Assembly (NCBI GenBank): GCA_963664815.2
Contig: CAXXHB010000002.1
Span: 96,001 to 160,000, forward strand
From: Spirochaetota bacterium
Lineage (GTDB): Bacteria > Spirochaetota > UBA4802 > UBA5550
Length of the DNA: 64,000 nucleotides
Reading direction: 5' to 3'
In this document: in pieces, positions 1-9,720 of the stretch
Layout: each line of letters starts with the position of its first letter
Numbering within the stretch: the first letter of the stretch is position 1
Position numbers and translations under genes: made by a program
Notes under the pieces: model-generated
Database searches by the model: none
Seen by the model: only the letters and a program-made list of their open reading frames with translations
What the model was told of the DNA's origin: nothing

Positions 1-3000
1 GGAAGAACTCACGGAGACCCGGTTAATGCACTGAAAAAATGTCTCATAGAAGTTCAGGGGCAGATTAAAGAACAGATAGGCGATTCACCGATAAACATTA
101 CGCTTTCAGCCACAACAGGTTCTTCACGGGAGATTCTCGGAGTTTTCATGGAAACAGCGGGAATCTACAATGAAATCATAGCACACGCAACAGGTACTAC
201 CTATTTCAAGAATGATATTGACACAATCTTCGAAATCGGCGGTCAGGATGCGAAATATGTTTATCTTAAAAACGGTGTTCCGATAGACTATGCAATGAAC
301 GAAGCCTGTTCCGCCGGTACAGGCTCATTCCTTGAAGAATCAGCGGCCGGCGATCTCAATATAACTGATGTCAAACAGATAGGAGACATTGCCCTGTCGG
401 CTACATCCCCTTTGAAATTCGGAGAGCACTGTTCAGCTTTTATAAACTCTGACATAAGAAAGGCTATACAGTACGGCGCCCGAAAAGAGGACATCACCGC
501 CGGGATCATCACCTCGATTGTTTCAAACTATCTCAACAGGGTTGTGGGGAACAGATCAATAGGGCAGAACATAGTGTTACAGGGGGGGGTTGCGAAGAAT
601 AAAGCCGTTCCACTTGCATTCGCCATGCTTCTGGACAAGAATATTACCGTACCTCCAAGTCCTGAACTTCTCGGAGCCTTCGGGGTAGGTATTCTAGCAA
701 AGCAAAAGTTCAAAGACGGACTTCTTGATAAAGGATCATTTAACCTTGAAGAGCTTATAAAAACAGAAATTATAAATGAAAAAGAGTTCACCTGCAGGGC
801 ATGCGACAATTACTGCCCGATAAAAGTATTAAATGTAAACAGCCACAAGTATATGTTCGGCGGCCGATGCAACAAATACGCCAACTCGAGAAAGAAAAAG
901 GAGATAGATGAAAGTACAATATTCAACTATATAGATACACGTGAAGAACTGATGTTCAATGAGTTTGCACCGGACAAAGAATCTTTTGAAAGAAAAAAAG
1001 ATTATGTTGTTGGTATCCCCAGGGCATTTTCAGTTTATACACTCTGGCCGTTCTATTCATGGTTCTTCCATTCTCTTGGCATTGAGGCAAAGCTGTCGGA
1101 AGAGATCCTTCAGGACGGAGTTGCAAAGGTGGAGAGCGCATACTGCTTCCCCGCAGAGATTGCCCATGGAGCCGTACAGGCTGTCATCAACTCGGATGCT
1201 GATTTTATTTTTGTCCCTCATTTCAGGGACATGCCAAGTTATGTCGATGAGGTTCATGCAAATTTCTGTCCAATTACGCAGAGTCTCCCCTATTATTTAA
1301 AAAAGGCTTTCACTGAAATTGACGAGAGAATGATTCTTGCTCCGATAATCAGCTTTAAATACGGGACTGAAAAAGCGCTTAAAGGCATGCTTGATCTGGC
1401 CTCACAGCTTGATGTCTCTGAAAATGAAATTGAAAAAGCCTTCAAAATAGCCATTAATAAGCAGGAGGAGTTCTTTGCCAGGTACAAGACCCTCGGTGCA
1501 GAGGCGCTGGAAAAAGCGCGAAAAGCGAAACATCCTGTAATAGCTGTTCTCGGAAGACCATATAACGCTTTCACCAAAGACGCCAACATGGGTATCCCGA
1601 AAAAATTCACAAGCAGGGGTTACTCGGTAATACCGTTTGACATGCTACCATTCGAGGATACGCAGATTTTCAGCAACATGTACTGGTACTATGGACAGCA
1701 GGATATGAAAGCAGCTTCGCTTCTGAAGAATGAGGATAACATATTCATAACCTTCATCTCCAACTTTTCCTGCGCACCAGATTCATTTATGCTTCATTAT
1801 ATCAAATGGATGATGGGAACAAAACCGTTCCTGATACTGGAACTTGACTCCCACTCGGCTGATGCAGGAATTGACACGCGTGTTGAAGCATTCCTTGATA
1901 TAATTGAAGGTTATCGTCTCAAGTTTACCGGAGATGACGACAACCGGTATGATAATGGCCTCAGGTTTATTAATAACGGCAAAGACAAACTCCATGTTTA
2001 TGATGTAGTTAACAATAAACGGATAGAACTTTTCGGAAATAAAAAAGTCAAACTTCTGCTGTCAAATATGGGAAGACTTTCAAGCGAACTGATGGCAGCC
2101 TCACTCCGCGGAATTGACATAAATGCAGAAGCAATGCCTCTTCCGGATGTATATACCCTGCAGGCAGCCAGAAGCTACATGTCTGGCAAGGAATGTCTCC
2201 CCTCACAGCTGGTCCTTGGCAGCGCGCTGAAATATTTTCAGTCGGACAAATACAGGAAGGATGAGATATACCTTCTCTTTGTCCCTACAACAACCGGCCC
2301 GTGCCGTACAGGGCAGTACTTTGTCTTCTACGAAAACCTTTTCCGCGACATGAGGCTTGAAAACGTTCTGGTTATAACGCTTGATTCAGAGAACTCATAC
2401 AATGAAATGGGAGCTGATTTTTCCAAAAACTCATGGTGGGGACTTGTTATTGCCGACTACATGAAAGATATAGAAACATCTCTCCGGACATGCGCGGAAG
2501 ATCCTGCGGCAGCAATTGCCAAATATGACGAGCTTTGGCACGGACTTGTAGATGTAACCGAAAAGGATATAAAACAGATTATACCGGCGCTTAAGAATAT
2601 TGCATCGGAAATAAAAAAGATACCGCTCAAACAGAAAGTGGAAGACACTGCCAAGATACTTATAGTCGGAGAGATTTATGTAAGAAGAGACGACTTTGCG
2701 GTAGATGAACTTGTAAGGATAATGAGCAGAAAGGGTATAATTGCCAAGGTTTCAGGCATCACGGAGTGGATTTACTACACCGATTTTGTGCGACGGAATG
2801 AAATCATTAAAAGGTACAGACTGCTCCCATGGTATAAAAAACTCTTCTCAAAGGAGATGAAAGATCTTATTCTGTGGCGGATTGAGGAGATCTGGAAACA
2901 TAGTGTTGATAAAAAAATCAAAAAGGCTCTGTCTGTTACAAATTTAATACCGACAACTCCTCACAATATGAAGGAGATAATGGGTAATGCCAATGAACAC

Positions 3001-3336
3001 TTTGTACATTCAGAACTCGATTCTGAGATTTCAATCTCCAGCGGAGTAGCCTCGACAGCCATGATGTCCGATTATTCAGGGGTAATAAATATTTCACCAT
3101 TTGCCTGCCTTATAGGGCGTGTCATAGAAGGACTGATTACACCATGGAGCAGAGACAGAAACTATCCTGTGATATCGGTTGAAATTGACGGGTCACTTTT
3201 ACCGCCGAATATTGTAAGTAAACTTGAGATTTTTATGCTTAATGTACTGCGGTTCAGGCAGAACCCAGAACTTTCCGATCTTGTAGAAAATAAAGGTTAT
3301 AATGATTTATCTATGAGCAGGAAAATTATAAAATAG
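1..3336 (+). CDS. CoA-substrate-specific enzyme activase (BadF/BcrAD ATPase) fused to DUF2229-type dehydratase-like domains; 5' partial
   Basis: Frame is open from base 1 (GRTHGDPVNAL...TTGSSRE). Motifs EIGGQDAK, MNEACSAGTGSFLEE, LQGGVAKN, CxxCxNxC, CFPAEIAHG, FSCAPDSF, ECLP, GPCRTGQY, SPFACL. Confidence 0.88.
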   Translation, partial: GRTHGDPVNALKKCLIEVQGQIKEQIGDSPINITLSATTGSSREILGVFMETAGIYNEIIAHATGTTYFKNDIDTIFEIGGQDAKYVYLKNGVPIDYAMNEACSAGTGSFLEESAAGDLNITDVKQIGDIALSATSPLKFGEHCSAFINSDIRKAIQYGARKEDITAGIITSIVSNYLNRVVGNRSIGQNIVLQGGVAKNKAVPLAFAMLLDKNITVPPSPELLGAFGVGILAKQKFKDGLLDKGSFNLEELIKTEIINEKEFTCRACDNYCPIKVLNVNSHKYMFGGRCNKYANSRKKKEIDESTIFNYIDTREELMFNEFAPDKESFERKKDYVVGIPRAFSVYTLWPFYSWFFHSLGIEAKLSEEILQDGVAKVESAYCFPAEIAHGAVQAVINSDADFIFVPHFRDMPSYVDEVHANFCPITQSLPYYLKKAFTEIDERMILAPIISFKYGTEKALKGMLDLASQLDVSENEIEKAFKIAINKQEEFFARYKTLGAEALEKARKAKHPVIAVLGRPYNAFTKDANMGIPKKFTSRGYSVIPFDMLPFEDTQIFSNMYWYYGQQDMKAASLLKNEDNIFITFISNFSCAPDSFMLHYIKWMMGTKPFLILELDSHSADAGIDTRVEAFLDIIEGYRLKFTGDDDNRYDNGLRFINNGKDKLHVYDVVNNKRIELFGNKKVKLLLSNMGRLSSELMAASLRGIDINAEAMPLPDVYTLQAARSYMSGKECLPSQLVLGSALKYFQSDKYRKDEIYLLFVPTTTGPCRTGQYFVFYENLFRDMRLENVLVITLDSENSYNEMGADFSKNSWWGLVIADYMKDIETSLRTCAEDPAAAIAKYDELWHGLVDVTEKDIKQIIPALKNIASEIKKIPLKQKVEDTAKILIVGEIYVRRDDFAVDELVRIMSRKGIIAKVSGITEWIYYTDFVRRNEIIKRYRLLPWYKKLFSKEMKDLILWRIEEIWKHSVDKKIKKALSVTNLIPTTPHNMKEIMGNANEHFVHSELDSEISISSGVASTAMMSDYSGVINISPFACLIGRVIEGLITPWSRDRNYPVISVEIDGSLLPPNIVSKLEIFMLNVLRFRQNPELSDLVENKGYNDLSMSRKIIK

Positions 3337-3346
3337 AATGTTCTAT

Positions 3347-3375
3347 TCTCTGTGCCGCCTTCGGCGGCGCAGAGA
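3347..3375. terminator. Bidirectional intrinsic terminator hairpin
   Basis: TCTCTGTGCCGCC-TTC-GGCGGCGCAGAGA stem with one G-U pair, between convergent genes. Confidence 0.75.
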
Positions 3376-3383
3376 TAAATTTA

Positions 3384-4433
3384 TTATTTTATTTCATCTT
3401 TTTTTAACGGCATTGTCTTTTTATATTCGTCAAGATTCTTCAGGATACCTGATTTATCATCTTTGAATTTCTTCATAATACTGTCATAAGCTTTTTTATA
3501 TTCCTCTTTTACCTTCTGAATGGCCTGCTGATTTTTTATCTGCTGTTCCTGAACCTTGTTGCAACTATCAACTATTTCCCTGAACTTGTTTTTAATATCG
3601 GCGCTTTTCCCGCCATAATCGTTCATCAGGTTTTCTATGCTTTTTTTAGACGCTTCATTCATCAGCATATTGTCTTCATTTTTAGATTCCGAGTTTATTA
3701 TCTTATCTCCGGAGAGGGCAAGATCCTCCTTCGTTTTTGCTTTTTCAGTCATATCCTTCAGTTTATTCAGTTCCTCTGCACCAGACTCGCTCTCCTCTCC
3801 GAACTTTTTAATATGGGATTCATATTTATCTGCCTGATCATCCATATCGTTTTCAAGTGATTCGTCGCTTTCATTCTGCCACTCTTTAAGGTTGTTTTCA
3901 TTTTTCCCTGTTTCAGGCTCTTCCGCAAGATCGGTTTCCGCCGAATATCCTTCTTCAAGTTCAACATTCCCGTATGGATTTCTGACATCAAGTTTACCCT
4001 CGGTAAGTTCTATCTTTGAACTCCCGCCCTTGCTTACTCCCATTGTAAATTCTGTCCCTCTGACTGCGCAGATCGCAGTTGGAGATCCAAGCTTATGCTC
4101 ACCTTTTTTAAGTTTAACAAATTTTCCGCTGACTTCTCCGGATACTACTGAAACAGATCCTGAGTCTTTGACACTTATGCTCCCTATCTGAACAACCGAA
4201 TTCTCTTTAATGGTTATCTTGCTTGTGTCATCATAAACAAGTTCAACTATTCCACCCTTCGAGGTTTTGATTATATCTCCATTGGAAACAATGTCTCCTA
4301 CTTTCAGATTGACTGTTTTGCCGTTCCTTGTAAGAGTCGAAGAGCCCAGGAAGAATGTAACCTTCATTGGAAACCCGAAAACAGGAATTAACGAAAAAAT
4401 AATTATACCTGCAGCAATTGTTTTAAGTTTCAT
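3384..4433 (-). CDS. Exported FecR-domain protein with acidic coiled-coil C-terminus
   Basis: Signal peptide, then GDIIKTSKGG..VEL.YDD.SKITIKENS and SPTAICAVRGTEF...LTEGKLDV (FecR signature). Tail is helical and K/E-rich. Confidence 0.8.
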   Translation of the reverse strand: MKLKTIAAGIIIFSLIPVFGFPMKVTFFLGSSTLTRNGKTVNLKVGDIVSNGDIIKTSKGGIVELVYDDTSKITIKENSVVQIGSISVKDSGSVSVVSGEVSGKFVKLKKGEHKLGSPTAICAVRGTEFTMGVSKGGSSKIELTEGKLDVRNPYGNVELEEGYSAETDLAEEPETGKNENNLKEWQNESDESLENDMDDQADKYESHIKKFGEESESGAEELNKLKDMTEKAKTKEDLALSGDKIINSESKNEDNMLMNEASKKSIENLMNDYGGKSADIKNKFREIVDSCNKVQEQQIKNQQAIQKVKEEYKKAYDSIMKKFKDDKSGILKNLDEYKKTMPLKKDEIK

Positions 4434-4805
4434 AGAATCCCCCTGTGATAAAAGTCATCACAGGATTATAATATGATAGTATTAAGATAATTACAACTAA
4501 TTTTCTCTTTACGACAAGTGTAATTGAATCACACTTGTCGGGATATGCTTTGAAATGATTATAAAAATAAATTTTAACTTTAAATACTGTGATATTACCG
4601 GTTGAATTAACATCTGGATTAAACTCCGCTCAGCCAACGTAACTCGTGCTCTCAAGCTGTATCAGGTTTGCCGGGATAAATGGAACTGAATTGGAAGATG
4701 TATTAATTCATTCATGAATGCAGGTTATAATTTAAAATAATTGTTTCAAAAACAGAATGTTTCTGATTACATGTCCGGTATATTAATAACGTTGAAAGAA
4801 CCTTT

Positions 4806-6038
4806 ATGAACCATTACGACATAATAATCATAGGTGCAGGCCCTGCCGGCCTTTTCTGTGCCATGAACTGCGGACCGCTGCATGATGCCAGTGTACTGAT
4901 ACTGGAAAAGAACAGTATTCCGGGTAAAAAACTTCTTCTCTCCGGATCCGGGCAATGCAACATCACTCATGCAGGAACCGTTTCAGATTTTATACATCAT
5001 TACGGCAACGGAGGTGACTTTGTCAAACCTGTACTAAAAACCTTTCCTCCGGCTGCACTGAGGGACTTTCTTCATAAAAACAATATACCCACAGCGGAAA
5101 GGGAAAACGGGAAAATATTTCCCGAATCCATGAGGTCCTCCGATGTTCTCTCCATGATGGTTTCTCACTGTTTACAAAACGGAGTAACATTAAGGTACGA
5201 TTCCCCGGTCTTAAAAACAGTTTTCAGAAACGGAGTATTCACAGTTTACTCCGGTAATGAGATGTTCACCGCAAAAATACTTGTAATTTCCACAGGTGGA
5301 AAATCTTATCCCTCAACCGGTTCAACCGGTGACGGATTTATATTTGCGGAGAGTTTAGGCCACAGTATTATAAAACCTGCCCCCTCCCTTACGCCTGTGA
5401 TAATTAAAAATTTCACCTTTGCTGAACTATCCGGCATTTCATTTAAAAACAGGAACGTTTCCCTTTTTAAAAATGGGAAAAAAGTTTATTCCTCAGCCGG
5501 GGATATACTCTTCACTCACAAAGGATTGTCTGGACCCGTAATACTCGATATGAGCAGGTATATAGACAAAGATGATATACTCGAAATCTCTCTTGCCGGG
5601 AAAACTGTCGAATCATTAAACAGTGATTTTATATCAGAATCCAGGTTACAGGGGAGAAAGAGTATAAAAAACTTTTTAAAAAACTATGATTTTGCAGAGA
5701 GACTTATTTCAATGATACTGGCGCAGGAGAGGATTGATCCTCAAAAAAATATATCCGAGATAAGCAGAGAGGAGCGTGTTAAACTGTTCAGGTCTCTTGC
5801 CGAATATCCGTTCATAGTTGCGGATAAGGGGAACTATAATATCGCCATGGCTACAGCGGGCGGCGTATGCAGAGACGAGATTGACAGGCGTACAATGGAA
5901 TCAAAAATTGTGCCGGGACTTTATTTCGCAGGTGAAGTAACAGATATAGATGGCGATACCGGCGGATATAATATGCAGTGGGCCTTTTCTTCAGGTAAAG
6001 CGGCAGCCGATGGAATTAAGAGAAAAATATTTCACTGA
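4806..6038 (+). CDS. HI0933/YhiN-family NAD(P)/FAD-dependent oxidoreductase
   Basis: IIGAGPAG, GKKLLLSGSGQCNITH, STGGKSYPSTGSTGDG, LFTHKGLSGP, ATAGGV, GLYFAGEVTDIDGDTGGYNMQWAFSSG. Confidence 0.93.
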   Translation: MNHYDIIIIGAGPAGLFCAMNCGPLHDASVLILEKNSIPGKKLLLSGSGQCNITHAGTVSDFIHHYGNGGDFVKPVLKTFPPAALRDFLHKNNIPTAERENGKIFPESMRSSDVLSMMVSHCLQNGVTLRYDSPVLKTVFRNGVFTVYSGNEMFTAKILVISTGGKSYPSTGSTGDGFIFAESLGHSIIKPAPSLTPVIIKNFTFAELSGISFKNRNVSLFKNGKKVYSSAGDILFTHKGLSGPVILDMSRYIDKDDILEISLAGKTVESLNSDFISESRLQGRKSIKNFLKNYDFAERLISMILAQERIDPQKNISEISREERVKLFRSLAEYPFIVADKGNYNIAMATAGGVCRDEIDRRTMESKIVPGLYFAGEVTDIDGDTGGYNMQWAFSSGKAAADGIKRKIFH

Positions 6039-6120
6039 CTCTGTTATTATAATCGACGTAAAAACATCTTTTATTATTATGGCTTTAATATTTTAAATAT
6101 TTTCAGTCAGAGAGTTTATT

Positions 6121-6975
6121 ATGGATAACCGGCAGACACAAACTGGAATACTGGCAATGGTTGCCACGGCCTCACTCTGGAGTATCGCCGGGCTTTTTAT
6201 CAAGGTAATAGACTGGAATCCCATGGCAATCGCCGGGCTTCGCAGTTTAATAGGGTCCTTTGTTTTGCTGATATATCTTAAAAAACCGAAACTGCACCTG
6301 TCATTTCCTCAGGTAGCCGCTGCAGTTGCGAACGCCGTGACCATGCTTCTCTTTGTAATAGCAAACAAAACCACCACTGCCGCAAACGCCATCCTGCTTC
6401 AGTACATTGCTCCGGTACTTACCGCATTTATCGGAGCGGCTCTTTTAAAAGAGAGGACACGGATAGAACACTGGATCGCTTTTCTTGTGGTGGCTGCCGG
6501 GATGATAATAATGTTCATGGGAAAACTCGGCGGGGGACAGATGCTTGGAAATATTATTGCGTTAACGTCCGCATTTACCTTCAGCCTGTACTTTGTCTTT
6601 ATGAGAATGCAGAAGGATGAATCGCCATTCGAATCTATACTTCTATCCCACTGGATTACTGCGGGAGTTGCCCTTGTCGCGTCGATATTTCTCCCGTTTC
6701 CGCATTTTACATTCAAATCAGTGGGGGCCATTATGGTTCTCGGAATTATACAGATAGGCATCCCCTCTATTCTCTTTGCTGTTGCGATAAAGAGAATAAC
6801 TGCCGTATCGGCAAATCTAATTGCTGTAATAGAACCGGTCTTTAACCCGGTATGGGTCTTCCTTGTACTGCACGAATCCCCGGGAACAAATACGGTAATC
6901 GGCGGAGCTGTTATTGTACTGGCGGTAACAGGAGTCTCTATTATAAGCAGCAGAAGACAGGCTACGCAGAATTAA
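6121..6975 (+). CDS. EamA/DMT-family transporter
   Basis: About 10 hydrophobic segments in two repeats. Motifs TTAANAILLQYIAP, LLKER, IEPVFNPVWVFLVLHESP. Confidence 0.9.
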   Translation: MDNRQTQTGILAMVATASLWSIAGLFIKVIDWNPMAIAGLRSLIGSFVLLIYLKKPKLHLSFPQVAAAVANAVTMLLFVIANKTTTAANAILLQYIAPVLTAFIGAALLKERTRIEHWIAFLVVAAGMIIMFMGKLGGGQMLGNIIALTSAFTFSLYFVFMRMQKDESPFESILLSHWITAGVALVASIFLPFPHFTFKSVGAIMVLGIIQIGIPSILFAVAIKRITAVSANLIAVIEPVFNPVWVFLVLHESPGTNTVIGGAVIVLAVTGVSIISSRRQATQN

Positions 6976-7147
6976 TATATATTACTGCATGATTTATTTC
7001 AGGCGACAACTATCTTGGCACATAGGGCACTCTTCCGAAATCAAATAGCAACTTTTTCAACAGTTCAGAATAATAACCCTTATATCTTCTTATTCGGATA
7101 TTATCGTTAATTATAATATCTATCCCTGTTGACGTCATGGTTTCGTT

Positions 7148-8431
7148 CTAATCACGGATAACCAATCCGCTGTCGGCAAGTGCTCTCTTTTTCCACTCCT
7201 CAACTGCTGCCGCAAGTTGTGTTTGTATTAATTTTTTTTTAATGAAAATCTTTGCCTCGTTATATGAAAGCTGTAACGGTTTTTTTGACTTTGATCCCGG
7301 TCTCTTCATATATTTATTTTTGTTTTTTGAATATTCTTCAAACATATCTTCTTCGGAAACCGTAATTTCTTTTTCACAGAGATACCGTATATATTCATTT
7401 GCTAAAATAAAATCAGTGGATGATTTCATATCCATTATAAATTTTTTATCATTAAGATAACCTTCTATTGCTGCCTCGGATTTGTAGAGCTCATAAAAAT
7501 ACCATTCCCTGGCAAAACCTAAAAGAAATTCTCTGTTTTCAAGAGGTTCCCTGATAATTGCACTAAACACATCACGCTTTTTTTTCAGTTCTTTAAGTGT
7601 ATAATCTTTACCTGAGACCGAGAAGATTACTTCATTCTCTTTATCGGGCAATACAGCAACCTTAAACGAAGCGTTGTTGTTCTTTTCAATTTCAAAAATG
7701 AGTTTAGAATATGCCATTCTTTCTAACATTAAAGATAAACGTTTTTTCTCATCTGGAGATTTTATTTTTTTCTCCAGATTACCAAGTGTGAGTGTTCCTG
7801 TTTCATCAGATATTATAATAGCTGCCATACCACCCGGTAATATTACGGGTTCTTTACTGTATGTTCCTATGGGGAGCGAAAAAGCAGCATTTTCAAATTC
7901 CGGCATTCCGCCCCCTTTAACAATATATAAAGTGCTTGCTTCAACGGCATTCTGCGGATTGGTTGAATAGCTTTTTATTAAGCTGTCAAACTTTGCACCT
8001 TTTTTTAAAAGCTCAATTGTATTCTTCGCTCTCGATAACGCATTTTCTTTAACATCCGGACTGTTTCCTCCACTGAATACTATATGCCTGCACTTGACAT
8101 ATTCCCAAGACAGATTCAGTGAACCGCTGCTTTTATCATTAACAATTTTTTTTAAAAGTGGCCAGCTCTCCCGTTCCAGACGCAGAATAAATATTTCATT
8201 TTTATCAAAGTCACCGGCAAGTGCATCATGCCGTGCAATACCCTCAACAACCAGTGACTCAATTATTGCCTTTTCAAGCTGGGGATTTAGTTTAACCCCC
8301 ATAGCACGCCGCTTCACTTCACCCTTTGTAATAACACCGTATTTGTAATCAGCTACGGTTTTATTGTCCGGTGAACATGATATATTAAATACAAGAAATA
8401 AAAAAAGTAAAAATATGTTAAAAGCTTTCAT
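7148..8431 (-). CDS. PpiC/parvulin-type peptidyl-prolyl isomerase lipoprotein (PrsA-like foldase)
   Basis: Start moved to ATG 8431, which follows a GGAG SD. Lipobox-like FNISC. Parvulin motifs VKCRHIVF, GAKFDSLIKSYS, MPEFENAAFSLPIGTYSKEPV. Confidence 0.75.
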   Translation of the reverse strand: MKAFNIFLLFLFLVFNISCSPDNKTVADYKYGVITKGEVKRRAMGVKLNPQLEKAIIESLVVEGIARHDALAGDFDKNEIFILRLERESWPLLKKIVNDKSSGSLNLSWEYVKCRHIVFSGGNSPDVKENALSRAKNTIELLKKGAKFDSLIKSYSTNPQNAVEASTLYIVKGGGMPEFENAAFSLPIGTYSKEPVILPGGMAAIIISDETGTLTLGNLEKKIKSPDEKKRLSLMLERMAYSKLIFEIEKNNNASFKVAVLPDKENEVIFSVSGKDYTLKELKKKRDVFSAIIREPLENREFLLGFAREWYFYELYKSEAAIEGYLNDKKFIMDMKSSTDFILANEYIRYLCEKEITVSEEDMFEEYSKNKNKYMKRPGSKSKKPLQLSYNEAKIFIKKKLIQTQLAAAVEEWKKRALADSGLVIRD

Positions 8432-8505
8432 GAATGCTCCTTTTTTAATAAAAAATAAACACATAACAGCTCTATATAACGTCATGTGCTTATATAGTAA
8501 ATTTA

Positions 8506-9720
8506 TTACTGATTCAATTTAGTTGTAACAAACATATCACTAGAACCAGTTAATGATTGGCCATCAAGATTACCGAATGTAGTACCTGTAACATAGCAAG
8601 TTCCACTTAAATCAACTGCTATACCATTCCCTGCAGTTAAAGCATTACTTACACCAATAAGCTTTGTCCACTGTTTTGTGCCGGATGAATCATACTTGGA
8701 AACAAATGCATCATTAGTTCCATTTAACAATTGCCCATCAAGACTACCGGATGTAGAGCCTGTAACATAACAATTGCCACTTAAATCAACTGCAATATCA
8801 TATCCACAAGTACTTGATCCACTCACACCAAGAAGTCTTGTCCATTGTTTCGTCCCTGACGAATCATATTTAACAACGAATATATCATAAAAACCAGTTA
8901 ATATTTGCCCATCAAGATTATTCCCTCTAACCGAACCTGTAATATATAAATATCCATCCGAGCCTTGTTTAATTCCATTTCCCTCCGTTAAACCACTGGA
9001 TCCAAGAAATTTTGTCCACTGTTTTGATCCTGAAGAATTATATTTAGCGACAAACATATCACAAACACCAGTTAATATTTGTCCATCAAGATTACCATAC
9101 GTAAAGCCAGTAACATAAGTATTACCATTTAAATCAACTGCAATATCCTTTCCGACCGTAACTTCACCGCTTGTTCCAAGAAGCCTTGTCCACAGTTTTG
9201 ACCCTGAAGAATCATATTTGACAACGAACATATCTTGAGAACCAGTTAATATTTGCCCATCAAGATTACCAAATGTATATCCTGTAATATAAAAATTTCT
9301 GTCTATGTCTGTGATAATAGCTTTCCCATAAGTGTTTACACCGCTTACTCCAAGAAGTCTTGTCCATTGTTTCACTCCTGACGAATCATATTTGACAACA
9401 AACATATCCCGAGCACCAGTTAATATTTGCCCATCAAGATTACCATACGTACACCCTGTAATATATAAATTACCAATTGAATCAATAGTAACACTAGAAC
9501 AATAAGTTGGTAAACCACTTATTCCATTAAGTCTTGTCCATTGTTTTGTTCCTGAAGAATTATATTTAGTTATATATATATCATTAGTTCCGGATTTCAG
9601 CTGTCCATCTAGATTACCAGTTGTATTTCCCGCAACATATATATTCCCGATTGAATCAACAGCTATACTTGCTCCAAATGTATTTGTACCGCTTACTCCA
9701 AGAAGTCTTGTCCAGGACCA
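8506..9720 (-). repeat. Seven tandem 174-bp (58-aa) SBBP repeat units
   Basis: ACCAGTTAATATTTG(C/T)CCATCAAGATT recurs at 8893, 9067, 9241 and 9415. Diverged copies lie at 8545, 8719 and 9589. Period is 174 bp throughout. Confidence 0.9.

Noticed and set aside
4640-4675. GGCAAACC on the minus strand suggesting a c-di-GMP-I riboswitch
   Set aside because: The GAAA tetraloop stem and the GACGCAAAG segment are absent.
8506-9720. Periodic DNA repeats considered as a CRISPR array or DGR template/variable repeat
   Set aside because: They are in-frame 58-aa coding repeats. There are no unique spacers and no cas or reverse-transcriptase gene.
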